A stretch of 64,000 nt of DNA from a virus, in IMG/VR virus record IMGVR_UViG_3300030387_000070, one strand, 5' to 3'. This document shows, piece after piece, positions 36,301 through 44,939 of the stretch; positions within the stretch are counted from its first letter, which is position 1; each line of letters opens with the position of its first letter. The position numbers and the translations under genes are program-made. A model generated the notes under the pieces. It did not search any database. It saw nothing but the letters and a program-made list of their open reading frames with translations, and was not told the origin of the DNA.

Positions 36301-37340
36301 CAACTGGTATTGTAACTTGCAACTCTCATTCACAAGCCTATGCTGACATCTGTCTCCAGACTGCATATTTGAAAGCCCACCATCCGCTTGCATTCTTTAA
36401 GGCTATGCTGAACCTGAATAAAGCAAAGGTCGGCAAGGTCAACAAGATTATGGTGGATGCACGCAGCTTTGATATTCAGATTCTTCCGCCGAGTATCAAT
36501 CGTTCCGGCATGGACTTTACTGTGTCAAATGGTAAAATCCTGTTTGGCTTATCTGCTATCGGTGGTATTGGCGATACGCTTGCTGAAACTATCATTGCAG
36601 AACGAGATAGAAATGGAAAATTTAAGGGACTTGATGATTTCACGAGTCGTGTTCGTGCAACGAAGGCGCAGATTATTGCATTGGTTAAATCCGGTGCGAT
36701 TCCTACAAAGAACAAACGAATATTCTTGGAAAAGTACATTACCAGCGGTCTGGAACAATCTGAGTTTAAGCCAGTCAGTACACTTCCTACCAAGGCAGTT
36801 TTGCTGAGTAAGTGGGGTATTGATACAGAGCATTATAAGGTTGGTAAAAAGGTTGACAAAGAAACCGTCTTACGGATCTATAATGAAAAGCGCCGTGTCG
36901 TACATGAAACCGAGAAGCTGAAAAAGAAAGAAGCGTATATGGACGAGCAGACCACAAAATATCTACAAGATGAAGAACTTTGGGAGTTCCAGACTTTGCA
37001 GACCTTTATCAGTGACCCGAATCCTTTCGAGAAGGCATTTACTTATATCAAGGATTTCTCTGAAATCGAAGAAGGTGATTCTTGTGTACTGGTTGGTATT
37101 ATCGCAAAGATTCAGAAGAAGAAAACGAAGACTGGTATGCAGTTTGCATTTGTAAATCTGTATTCTGGCGATGGTATTATTGAGCTGACCGTATGGCCGA
37201 GAGTCTTGTCGGATTATCAGGATTTGATTGTAAAGGGAAGTCAGGTGGCTGTGCTTGGAAAGAAGGAAGATGAATCGCACGTTATTGCAAGCAACTTCAA
37301 ACCTTACAAGCAGTGGTTGCATGATAGAGAGATAGCGTAA
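33324..37340 (+). CDS. dnaE: DNA polymerase III alpha (DnaE-family) with in-frame intein
   Basis: PHP domain HTHSNYSLLDG at the N-terminus; the GYGFNK-SHSQAYA catalytic motif is interrupted by an insert. Confidence 0.75.
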   Translation: MPSSLHTHSNYSLLDGYSSPEENLKRASELGLKAIAITEHGEVTSWPYYSELKGKYPNVKLLYGIEAYECEDREVKDKNSKYWHLIIIAKNEAGRQAVNRLSTLGHLHGFYSRPRITKEDIAKEDTNNLIILSACLASRLSRTDDYDTCVKLVQEYKSLFPHYYLEVQAHANSEQAKYNQKIMRLANDTHTKVVVTNDVHAATKEDLYYQDYFLRIAHDTETATEIYEGCYFMSRDEQHRALDNQIGYDAAEWCINNTDEVADLCDDVDMPWHEPELPKIEIPPQYSNSAAYLKDLVKEGCKKRSIDKFDVEKQKIYRKRVDDELFVIEKKDFCDYFLILVDYINWCKKNDVIVGPGRGSAAGSLVCYLIGITQLDSIKYELDFGRFLTIERKDLPDVDVDVSDRAKVVEYLTQKYGEDRVVQVMNIVYTTPVTSIQDVGKVLGFPYAEIRKISEKFVQKTWKDCLEANTEVAENPKYKELLDIASHINGRPRGYGIHAGGVIVCRHPYYEYIGIRHGTDGEHVISVDKVMDEKIGLVKFDILGVASLVAIDEAKREDNIPDWEIDINNPEFENDKATYDLICSGKTDNLFQIESSGMKDLVAQLQPRSIEELSALIALYRPDAMPSIPTYVDCKYHPEHIHYFHPDMEPIFRSTYGVNIYQEQSMKLTKVFGGRSDAGADRMRKCLAKKKPEKVKEEVELLHDEILANGYDKATAEYICNELSTKGGYGFNKCISGNTKLWRMRSGRFEPTVAEMYKIRNDRKFAILTNHTHLRDKYRRYGYGSALSMCDDGRIRMNKIIDIKYSGYRMLYRVTTETGATIECTDNHKFPTTDGIKLLSDMRIGDELYEIGAYEVCRNKYNLTDGNFESNLPKPGQMGFQTKEFSANRLFEETKEKNRLKRSPCEICGREYSEDARFEVHHKDFDHTHNVPDNYTWCCASCHKKLHYAHGRVKQYEKGIPSKTAKIISIEEIGFDDVYDVTMDAPNHNFVVSTGIVTCNSHSQAYADICLQTAYLKAHHPLAFFKAMLNLNKAKVGKVNKIMVDARSFDIQILPPSINRSGMDFTVSNGKILFGLSAIGGIGDTLAETIIAERDRNGKFKGLDDFTSRVRATKAQIIALVKSGAIPTKNKRIFLEKYITSGLEQSEFKPVSTLPTKAVLLSKWGIDTEHYKVGKKVDKETVLRIYNEKRRVVHETEKLKKKEAYMDEQTTKYLQDEELWEFQTLQTFISDPNPFEKAFTYIKDFSEIEEGDSCVLVGIIAKIQKKKTKTGMQFAFVNLYSGDGIIELTVWPRVLSDYQDLIVKGSQVAVLGKKEDESHVIASNFKPYKQWLHDREIA
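35523..36323 (+). mobile_element. intein (267 aa) with HNH homing-endonuclease domain inside dnaE
   Basis: The insert starts with Cys after GYGFNK and ends ...IVTCN before Ser (SHSQAYA); internal HNH motif CEICG...HHKDFDHTHN...CCASCH. Confidence 0.7.
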
Positions 37341-37352
37341 GAGGGTTATAAA

Positions 37353-39683
37353 GTGGCAGATAAGAAATTTAATGAAAATATGATCCGTTGCTACATTAGG
37401 ATAAAACGAGTCTTTTATCCGAAAGATGGGAAGGAGGTGGAGCCCGGCGGCTTCGCCACTTTCTCTGCCGAAGTGATAAAAGTCAAGCAGGGGAACCCCA
37501 TTATGAGCCGATACAGTGACCTCCGACTGAAAGGCAACGTCCCTAGCCTTGATATGAATAAGACTTATTCGTTCTGTGGTGAGTATGTTCACCATGAAAA
37601 GTTTGGGGACCAGTATAAAATCGTCTATATGAACGAGTTCCAAGAGATTACTGACCCAGAAGAACAGAAAAGTTTTCTCCATTTTATCTTAACAGAACAT
37701 CAGTTTGAGATGCTTTACGAAGCATTTGATAATCCGTATGAGATCATCAAGAACGGTGATATCAAGTCTCTTTGCACTGTTAGTGGTATCACAGAAGGTC
37801 GAGCACAGAAAATTATCGATGCCTTTGAAAATAACATTGATAACAGCGAAGCATACACGAAGCTGATTGAGTATGGTTTGACTCCAAGTGCAATCGGAAA
37901 ACTTGTTCATCAATATCACGGTGCAGACACTCTTGTGAAGAAAATTGAAGAGAATCCTTATGTTCTGATTGACGATGTATATGGGATTGGATGGAAGAAA
38001 GCTGACGCTCTTGCTTTGAATATGGGATTGAAGCCAAACTCTCAGTTCCGAATTGAAGCTTACGTCATGCATTTTCTTGCTGATCGTGCCGAAGAAGGCA
38101 ATTCTATCATCCCGGCAAACCAGACAATCAATAGTTGCATTAAGGAACTTGGCTTGGATGAGGGTGACCAAGAGGTTATCAAGAGAGCACTTTTCCATCT
38201 GCACGATGTCCGCGAAACGCTTTGGTGGAGTGATGATCGTCAGGAATTTGCTTTAACAAGAGTGTGGAATCTGGAAAATAAGATTTCAAAGGAAATTAAG
38301 CGTCTGGCGGATGCACCTGTCGAGCCGATTGGTCGAAACATGGATGCTGCAATCGACGAAGCAGAACATGCTCTTGGCATCGAGTACACTGAGGAGCAGA
38401 GAGATGCTATTAAAAAGGTATGCTCTAGCAACATCTGTATCTTAACAGGCTACGGCGGAACTGGTAAAAGTACCGTTGTCGCTGGTGTTCTAAAGGTTCT
38501 TCGTGGTAAGTCTTTTGCTCAGACTGCACTTTCTGGTCGTGCCGCAGCTCGTATGCAGGAGATTACTGGTCAGGATGGAAAGACCATTCACCGTCTTCTT
38601 GGCTACGACATCGAGAACGGTGGGTTTGTTCACGATAAGGACAATCCTCTGGAAGAAGACATTATCATTCTGGATGAGACCTCTATGGTTGGAGCTCAGT
38701 TGTTCTATGACTTGATTCAGGCTATCGAGACCGGAAAGCGATTCATCATGATTGGCGATGACGGCCAGCTTGAGAGTATTGGTATGTGCAACATCTTCAA
38801 GGATATGCTTGCCTCCAAGGTTGTTCCGGTTGCTCGCTTGACGAAGATTCACCGTCAGGCTGCTAAGTCAGCGATTATCACAGAGAGCATCAAGGTTCGT
38901 AATGCCACGCAGTTGGTTCCTTACGGTTGGGCTGGTAATGAGATTCGTGGTGAGCTGCGTGATTTGGAGCTAGATATCTACAAGGATGCAGGCGAGTCGT
39001 TTAACCACATCATCAATCAATACCGTACCTTATATAATAAGGTAGGGAATGACAGCGCAAAGATTCAGATTGTACTTCCGCAGAAGCTCCGTGGTAGCAT
39101 TTGCACCTACGAGGTGAATAACGCCATTCAGGAAATTGTAAATCCGAGTCGTGGTCAGGCAGAAGCAAAGGTCACAATCTACGGTGATGGCAAGGATAGA
39201 GTGTACACTCTGCGTGAGGGCGATCAGGTCATTATCAACAAGAATAACTATGAGCTTCATACATACAATCTCAAGACAAAGAAAAAGGAAGAGAAGTGTC
39301 CGGTGTTCAACGGAAACCGTGGCATTATCCGAAAGATTGAGAGTAGTTTTATTCTGGTTGACTTTGACCAGTGGGGAACTATCTTCATTCCTCATTATTT
39401 TGGTGGGAACAACATCTGGGCAACACTTGAACTCGCTTATGCTTTGAGTTGTCATAAACTGCAAGGTAGCGAAGCTCCGTATGTAATTGTCGGCATGGAC
39501 AACTCTGCATACCTGATGTTGACGAGAGAATGGCTCTATACGGCCATCACTCGTGCCAAGAAGTATTGTGTGATTTGCGCCGAAACTCATGCTCTTGATC
39601 GGGCTGTAAAGACTTCAAGAGTGCCATATAAGCGGACGTTCTTGAAGGAATTTTTACGGAAAGAATTTTCAGAAAAGCGTTGA
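37353..39683 (+). CDS. RecD2-like SF1 DNA helicase with N-terminal HhH region
   Basis: GTG start after GAGGGT; Walker A GYGGTGKST; HhH-like GITEGRAQKIIDAF and GIGWKKADAL. Confidence 0.65.
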   Translation: MADKKFNENMIRCYIRIKRVFYPKDGKEVEPGGFATFSAEVIKVKQGNPIMSRYSDLRLKGNVPSLDMNKTYSFCGEYVHHEKFGDQYKIVYMNEFQEITDPEEQKSFLHFILTEHQFEMLYEAFDNPYEIIKNGDIKSLCTVSGITEGRAQKIIDAFENNIDNSEAYTKLIEYGLTPSAIGKLVHQYHGADTLVKKIEENPYVLIDDVYGIGWKKADALALNMGLKPNSQFRIEAYVMHFLADRAEEGNSIIPANQTINSCIKELGLDEGDQEVIKRALFHLHDVRETLWWSDDRQEFALTRVWNLENKISKEIKRLADAPVEPIGRNMDAAIDEAEHALGIEYTEEQRDAIKKVCSSNICILTGYGGTGKSTVVAGVLKVLRGKSFAQTALSGRAAARMQEITGQDGKTIHRLLGYDIENGGFVHDKDNPLEEDIIILDETSMVGAQLFYDLIQAIETGKRFIMIGDDGQLESIGMCNIFKDMLASKVVPVARLTKIHRQAAKSAIITESIKVRNATQLVPYGWAGNEIRGELRDLELDIYKDAGESFNHIINQYRTLYNKVGNDSAKIQIVLPQKLRGSICTYEVNNAIQEIVNPSRGQAEAKVTIYGDGKDRVYTLREGDQVIINKNNYELHTYNLKTKKKEEKCPVFNGNRGIIRKIESSFILVDFDQWGTIFIPHYFGGNNIWATLELAYALSCHKLQGSEAPYVIVGMDNSAYLMLTREWLYTAITRAKKYCVICAETHALDRAVKTSRVPYKRTFLKEFLRKEFSEKR

Positions 39684-39708
39684 CAATCATGTTCGTATCC
39701 TGTATAAT
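39680..39708 (+). promoter_or_regulatory. consensus sigma70 promoter (TTGACA, 17 nt spacer, TATAAT) overlapping an inverted 21-bp motif copy (39695-39717)
   Basis: -35 at 39680-39685 and -10 at 39703-39708. Confidence 0.6.
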
Positions 39709-39754
39709 ATAGCTATGAAAAGTCTCCATCTCGGAGGCTTAAAATTCTCTCTTT

Positions 39755-39774
39755 AACTATATAATACAGGATAC
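39755..39774 (+). promoter_or_regulatory. 21-bp motif, direct copy AACTATATAATACAGGATAC
   Basis: Followed by the hairpin and the MACS mini-ORF. Confidence 0.45.
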
Positions 39775-39776
39775 GG

Positions 39777-39816
39777 GAAAGGAATGGCTTGCTCGTAATG
39801 GCAAGCCTTTCTTTAT
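39777..39816 (+). terminator. hairpin GAAAGG-AAT-GGCTTGC-TCGTAAT-GCAAGCC-TTTC plus T-rich tail (terminator or attenuator)
   Basis: Complementarity seen directly; the 4-codon ORF ATG GCT TGC TCG TAA (39784-39798) lies inside the stem. Confidence 0.4.
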
Positions 39817-39823
39817 TCATTAC

Positions 39824-39843
39824 AACTATATAACACAGGATAC
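39824..39843 (+). promoter_or_regulatory. 21-bp motif, direct copy AACTATATAACACAGGATAC
   Basis: Ends 6 nt before the AAGGAGG RBS of the ligase gene. Confidence 0.45.
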
Positions 39844-39856
39844 GCAAGGAGGCTTT

Positions 39857-41188
39857 ATGACAGATAAAGAGCTCATAGGTAAGCTCGATGCGATGGTAAA
39901 GGCATTGCAGAGCACGAAGAAAAAGACAGATAAGACCCGCATTTTGCTGGATGAACGAAAGGATTTTGGGGCTGAAGCTGACGAGTTGATGGCCTTCTTC
40001 CGATTCTTGCTTGATCCGGCAATCGTAACTGGACTGTCGGATGCAAAAATCAATAAGCAGGTGAGTGCCAAGCCTGAAATTGATATCCAGTATCTCAGTT
40101 GTGGATACCTTTATATTATGGGTGCTGGTCACAACACTGGTTCTGACGCATCCATCGCAACAATTCAAAATTATTTACATAAAAATCCTGAAAATGAAGA
40201 GTTTCTGAAGCGGCTGTTTACCAAAAATCTTCCGATTGGCGTTGAGGCAGCTGCCATCAATAAGGTATATGGCGAGGAAATTATTCCTGTCTGGGAAGTC
40301 CAGCAGGGATATCCAATCGATAAGGTGAAGTTGAAACCCGGCACATGGTTTAGTCTGAGTCAGAAGATGAACGGCAATAGGGGCACAATGTATCGTGGAG
40401 ATTTAATTTCTCGTCAAGCGCAGAAGTTTGAAGGACTCGATCATATTAAGAATGATCTGCTCGCTCTATATGATGGAGGTGTGGAGAGGCGAGATTCTTT
40501 GGTGTTTGATGGCGAACTCATTTATAAGAACCCTGAAGGAATGTCGGACGGAGAGGCGTTTCGTTTCGGCACTGGCCTACTTAATTCTGACAGCAAGAAC
40601 AAGACTGGAATTAAATTTGTGATTTTTGATGTAATTCCTGTTGTAGAGTTCGACTGTGAAAAGTGTGCTGTCCAGTATCAAACCCGCCGGGAATGGCTAA
40701 ATTGTCTTCGTGCGGAGATTGCTCGTAAGAATCTTGAAAACATCGAAATTGTTCCAATGGTATACGAAGGTACTGACCAGAGTGTGATTCCGAAGTGGCT
40801 TGATTATGCTGTGGCACATGATTGGGAGGGTTTGATGTTGAACACCAATGTTCCTTATCAGCGTAAGCGTCATACCGGCTGTCTCAAAATTAAGCGTTTT
40901 TACACTGTTGACCTGCGAATCACCGCGATTGAAGAGGGTCAGAATCGTCTGGCTGGTACGATGGGCGCTCTGGTTGTGGACTACAAGGGCAACGAGCTTC
41001 GTGTCGGCTCTGGTTTTGATGATGCTACGAGAGCTGCTGTGTGGGCAAATCCTGATAATTACATCGGCAAGATCGTTGAATGTAAGTACAAAGAGGTCAC
41101 GATGGATAAAAAGACCGGTCTTGAGTCTCTGCAATTCCCGACCTTTGTAAGATTTAGAGATGACAAGAATGAGGTGTCTTATGGCTGA
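39857..41188 (+). CDS. ATP-dependent DNA ligase
   Basis: Nucleotidyltransferase motifs KMNGNRG (motif I), FDGELI (III), EGLMLN (IV) and LKIKR (V). Confidence 0.65.
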   Translation: MTDKELIGKLDAMVKALQSTKKKTDKTRILLDERKDFGAEADELMAFFRFLLDPAIVTGLSDAKINKQVSAKPEIDIQYLSCGYLYIMGAGHNTGSDASIATIQNYLHKNPENEEFLKRLFTKNLPIGVEAAAINKVYGEEIIPVWEVQQGYPIDKVKLKPGTWFSLSQKMNGNRGTMYRGDLISRQAQKFEGLDHIKNDLLALYDGGVERRDSLVFDGELIYKNPEGMSDGEAFRFGTGLLNSDSKNKTGIKFVIFDVIPVVEFDCEKCAVQYQTRREWLNCLRAEIARKNLENIEIVPMVYEGTDQSVIPKWLDYAVAHDWEGLMLNTNVPYQRKRHTGCLKIKRFYTVDLRITAIEEGQNRLAGTMGALVVDYKGNELRVGSGFDDATRAAVWANPDNYIGKIVECKYKEVTMDKKTGLESLQFPTFVRFRDDKNEVSYG

Positions 41189-41528
41189 TGTTAGATTGAT
41201 TGACTCAAATAAGGCTGAAAAGGAATTTGAATCTTGCTTAAATCTTCTTTGTAAAAATCCTATAACAAGTAACACGTATGAAATGAGTTTTAGTAGGCAG
41301 ATTTGTAACGCAGCTTTACGAACTTTGCAGAACACTCCGACCATCGACCCGGAAACGCTGCGACCGGTGGCACACTGGGAGGAAATTCCAGGCTCCTATG
41401 TGAGCTGTGCTGGGAAAAACTCATGGTGTGAACCAGCAACCCGTTGCTCGAACCCAGAATGTAGAGAGGTGAACCCGTGTGGCCTCAAAACGCCATTTTG
41501 CCCGATGTGTGGTGCAAAGATGGAGTGA
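41181..41528 (+). CDS. hypothetical Cys-rich protein
   Basis: ATG 41181 after GAGGTG; C-terminal CxxC cluster. Confidence 0.35.
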   Translation: MADVRLIDSNKAEKEFESCLNLLCKNPITSNTYEMSFSRQICNAALRTLQNTPTIDPETLRPVAHWEEIPGSYVSCAGKNSWCEPATRCSNPECREVNPCGLKTPFCPMCGAKME

Positions 41529-41531
41529 ATC

Positions 41532-41843
41532 ATGGCTAAAAACAAGTTAAAAGATTCCTTTTATTGGATGGGTAAGAATGGGCAAGAATGCAATGTTGAT
41601 TTGTCGTCCGAGCGTGTAAGCCGTTATATCAATGAAGCTAAAAATAATCTAAAGAAGATCCCGAAGGGCAAAGGAGATTTTTGCTATGTTGCTGGCAAAG
41701 AGGCACTTGTTATTGGAACGGTAAATAAAGAAGGAGAACGTTCAATCTTTGTTGCAAGAGACTATTTTGAAGCGGATTACGTTCCGGGATGCGGGTGGAT
41801 AAAAGTGGAGGATGAAGATGAATCTTTCAAAGAAGACGATTAA
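41532..41843 (+). CDS. hypothetical protein
   Basis: ORF in array. Confidence 0.35.
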   Translation: MAKNKLKDSFYWMGKNGQECNVDLSSERVSRYINEAKNNLKKIPKGKGDFCYVAGKEALVIGTVNKEGERSIFVARDYFEADYVPGCGWIKVEDEDESFKEDD

Positions 41844-42090
41844 GCATATCCTTCGGATTCTGGATAATAAATGTATCGAGGTTCCTACGAAGACATCCGC
41901 TTATAGCAGCGGTGGACGTAGAATTTTGACTCGTGATTTTGAGCCAAAGGAGTCACACGGAATGAATGGCTGGCAACGAATCGTCTATGTACCGTCCGAA
42001 GGATATTTCTACGGAATTTATAACGGAAAATCGGAAGAAGATTGGGACATTCCAGATATCTGGTCTCCTGCCCAGCTTGCTGATTTATGA
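41818..42090 (+). CDS. hypothetical protein
   Basis: ATG 41818 after GTGGAGG. Confidence 0.3.
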   Translation: MNLSKKTIKHILRILDNKCIEVPTKTSAYSSGGRRILTRDFEPKESHGMNGWQRIVYVPSEGYFYGIYNGKSEEDWDIPDIWSPAQLADL

Positions 42091-42100
42091 GGTTTTTAAA

Positions 42101-42313
42101 ATGCTACTTTTAACGCTAGATGGAGAGATTATAAATCTTGACCGCATGGCAATCATTGATACCGCAAGCCTTAATGTTTATGCAAGGCAGGGCATGGGTG
42201 AGCGTGGAATTGTTCTTGGCAGCTATAACTCCGAAAGTAGATGCTATGACGTTATTGCAAATATTTTTGACTGCTATCGAAAAAATGAGAAAGCATACAT
42301 AATGCCAAAATGA
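42101..42313 (+). CDS. hypothetical protein
   Basis: ATG 42101 after TGAGGT. Confidence 0.3.
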   Translation: MLLLTLDGEIINLDRMAIIDTASLNVYARQGMGERGIVLGSYNSESRCYDVIANIFDCYRKNEKAYIMPK

Positions 42314-42549
42314 ATGATTTTAAAAAACTAGCTATCCCAAAGAAAGAACGACTTGAAGTTCAACTTACGGATGGCACAGAAGAGCACAATATATTGTACA
42401 TAATCACATCTCTAGCCACTATTAAAGGTGCTGAGATTTTTAAAAATTTTCGTTTGTATTCTGTAGGCTCCGCCGGGGAGCTCAACTTATTAGAGAAGCG
42501 AGACGGCGATCCCTACTTTGATAAGCTGAAAGGAACAGAATATGAGTAA
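42310..42549 (+). CDS. hypothetical protein
   Basis: ORF in array. Confidence 0.3.
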   Translation: MNDFKKLAIPKKERLEVQLTDGTEEHNILYIITSLATIKGAEIFKNFRLYSVGSAGELNLLEKRDGDPYFDKLKGTEYE

Positions 42550-42889
42550 TTCGATGAATCGAGAAGACCGGCGCAGAGAGCAGCGTAAGGCACGAATCCT
42601 TGCCCGGCGAATCAAAAAGGCCGGTGGTCCCGACTTTCTGGCTGGAATGCCCGCAGAGGAATGGGAGCCAAAGATTGGTGATGAGGTCACTATTAAGGTA
42701 AAGAGGATTCAGGGTAAGAAGGATTTCTTCAAGATGAGTCCTCAGTATCAGGACTTTATCAATAGCCTTGAAGACGGAAAGCCTTACAAGATTACCAGTA
42801 CCGGCATGAAGGGTCAGGTTTACGGCATTGACGCACATCCTTATTTCCAGATTTGGAAGGGTGATATGGAACCCTACAAGGAGTCCTAA
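42542..42889 (+). CDS. hypothetical basic protein
   Basis: RBS AAAGGAACAG upstream. Confidence 0.35.
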   Translation: MSNSMNREDRRREQRKARILARRIKKAGGPDFLAGMPAEEWEPKIGDEVTIKVKRIQGKKDFFKMSPQYQDFINSLEDGKPYKITSTGMKGQVYGIDAHPYFQIWKGDMEPYKES

Positions 42890-43134
42890 TGAGGATGTAC
42901 TTCAGGACGGACTATTATGCAGATGTTGGCATAGATGAAGTCGTTCGGCTTCAAAGAGGAACTACATGCGAAGTAGTTTCAGAAACTGAATTTTTTTATT
43001 TTATCGTAACTGATAATGAATCATTCAGGAAAATGTTAAACATTGTCATGATTCCAAAAGAAGACCTTGAAGATGATGTATATGTCGTGACTGGTAAGAG
43101 CGAAAAACTTGAGGAAGGAGGTGGGGTGATATGA
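42889..43134 (+). CDS. hypothetical protein
   Basis: ORF in array. Confidence 0.3.
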   Translation: MRMYFRTDYYADVGIDEVVRLQRGTTCEVVSETEFFYFIVTDNESFRKMLNIVMIPKEDLEDDVYVVTGKSEKLEEGGGVI

Positions 43135-43334
43135 TTGGTATTGACCATCGTGAGCAGGGTCGTAAGAAACGAGCCCTTGCAGAGTATTATAGGACCTTAG
43201 CTCGATATCCTGTCGAGTGTGGAGAGCCGATTACATATCAGTTGTCAGAAGAGCAGCTTAAACAGGTTCTCTGTGGAGAGGTTACTGTTGATGAGTTGAT
43301 TGAAAAAGGTGAGGTAAATGAGAGACAGAATTAA
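43131..43334 (+). CDS. hypothetical protein
   Basis: ORF in array. Confidence 0.3.
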   Translation: MIGIDHREQGRKKRALAEYYRTLARYPVECGEPITYQLSEEQLKQVLCGEVTVDELIEKGEVNERQN

Positions 43335-43482
43335 GATGTGGATCGCTTTCATTAAGATTTTTAAGGATTATCTTATTGCGGTCGGAATCATGATTGCGTT
43401 GTGGCTGTTGTCTTGCCTTATCAAATATGGGATTTCAGTATCCAACTTCCCAGATTGGTTTAAGTTTGCACTTCTAAAATAA
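43318..43482 (+). CDS. hypothetical small membrane protein (54 aa)
   Basis: RBS AAAGGTGAGG upstream; one TM helix. Confidence 0.3.
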   Translation: MRDRIKMWIAFIKIFKDYLIAVGIMIALWLLSCLIKYGISVSNFPDWFKFALLK

Positions 43483-43493
43483 AGGAGGATTAA

Positions 43494-43718
43494 ATGGTAA
43501 CCGATATTCTTAATAGAGAGATTCATGTTGGCGACACAGTTCTTAGAGCTAGAACTCGAAATGGTCGCGGAGTTCTTTGGAGCATTCGTAAAGTTGTCTC
43601 AATTATGAACGTAATGATTAAAGTTCAAGACGGAAAGTACACAACGAATGTTGCACCCAGGAATTGTATCGTAATTGACGAGAGTGACATTCCTGAAAAC
43701 TGGCAGGACGAATATTAA
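43494..43718 (+). CDS. hypothetical protein
   Basis: RBS AAAGGAGG upstream. Confidence 0.35.
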   Translation: MVTDILNREIHVGDTVLRARTRNGRGVLWSIRKVVSIMNVMIKVQDGKYTTNVAPRNCIVIDESDIPENWQDEY

Positions 43719-43728
43719 GGAGAGTTGA

Positions 43729-44445
43729 ATGACTGTTGATTTGATCGCGTACACACAGCGAGTTGTTCCTACAAGTGATAAGAATCCTTTAGATATTGTG
43801 GAGGAAGCTGCGAGTATTTGTTACGATTCTTCAATGACTGACGATTATAAGATTGCCAAGGGATGTAAGGCAAGCGGTCACTATTCTGTGCTTGAGCACA
43901 TCAATTTTACGTTTTACGTCAAAGATGTAAGCCGAGCACTTCTGGCGCAGATTAGTCGTCATCGACATATTAGCATGAGCTGCCGCAGCCAGCGTTATTG
44001 CAGCGAGGATGGATTCAAGTATGTGAACCCGTTTACCGGTGAAGATGCTGATGTTTTCGATAATATGATGTCGGACATTGATACCGATTATCAGATTCTC
44101 AAGAAGTATCACAACGCCAAAAACGAAGATGCCCGTGCAGTTCTGCCAAATGCTTGCTGTACAGAGTTTTACATTACGATGAACGCTCGTGCTTTGATTG
44201 AGATGAGTCATCTTCGACTTTGTTCTAGGGCTCAAAAAGAAATCCGCGAGATGTTTACAGAAATGAAGAAGGAAGTTACACAGATTTGTCCTGAAGTAGC
44301 AAACTGGATGGTTCCTTCCTGCGAGGCTAATCCGAAGTATCCGTTCTGCCCAGAGGGTCGTGGTTGCTGTGGCCGTCATCCTCGGTTGGCAGATGTTTAT
44401 AAGCCTATTGAAAAAAACAAGGAGGTTATTGATGCAAACACTTGA
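43729..44445 (+). CDS. thyX: flavin-dependent thymidylate synthase ThyX
   Basis: ThyX signature ISRHRHISMSCRSQRY (RHRxxxxxxxSxR). Confidence 0.8.
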   Translation: MTVDLIAYTQRVVPTSDKNPLDIVEEAASICYDSSMTDDYKIAKGCKASGHYSVLEHINFTFYVKDVSRALLAQISRHRHISMSCRSQRYCSEDGFKYVNPFTGEDADVFDNMMSDIDTDYQILKKYHNAKNEDARAVLPNACCTEFYITMNARALIEMSHLRLCSRAQKEIREMFTEMKKEVTQICPEVANWMVPSCEANPKYPFCPEGRGCCGRHPRLADVYKPIEKNKEVIDANT

Positions 44446-44926
44446 CGAAATTAAGAAGAACGTAGACCATCCAGTCCATTACGGCGGTGCAGACAATCCC
44501 TACGAAGCCATTAAAGTGTTGCGAGAGTGGCAGCTGGATAAAGATGCTTACCTTTGGAATGTTGGTAAGTATCTGAGCCGTGCAGGTCACAAAGATGGCA
44601 ATTCTCAGCTTCAAGATTTGACGAAGGCACGTTGGTATTTGGACTATAAAATCCGGCTTTTAGAGGAACAACAGAAGATTACTGAAAGTGTCGTAGATAC
44701 GCTAAAGAAGATTCCTGATGAGGCTAATGATAAGCTGACTACGATGCCGGATTGCGGAGACGTTTATATTCCTACTATTGGAAAGACAGTAAAAGAATGC
44801 GTTCAGTATGTTCCTCGTCATGCAAAGCCTGACTATACGGATGATTTGGTTTTCCGTCCAGAAATCCATGCTCCAAGCATTGAAACTGCCGTGGTTCCTG
44901 ATTGCGCCGATGAAGTCAAGTTTTAA
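44432..44926 (+). CDS. DUF3310-like phage protein
   Basis: RBS AAGGAGG 6 nt before ATG 44432; HYGGADNPYEAIKVL...GKYLSRAGHK pattern typical of DUF3310. Confidence 0.5.
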   Translation: MQTLDEIKKNVDHPVHYGGADNPYEAIKVLREWQLDKDAYLWNVGKYLSRAGHKDGNSQLQDLTKARWYLDYKIRLLEEQQKITESVVDTLKKIPDEANDKLTTMPDCGDVYIPTIGKTVKECVQYVPRHAKPDYTDDLVFRPEIHAPSIETAVVPDCADEVKF

Positions 44927-44939
44927 GAGGTTTACATAA

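Noticed and set aside
36963-37682. 239-aa minus-strand ORF
   Set aside because: Antisense to the 3' end of dnaE and the start of the helicase gene; spurious.
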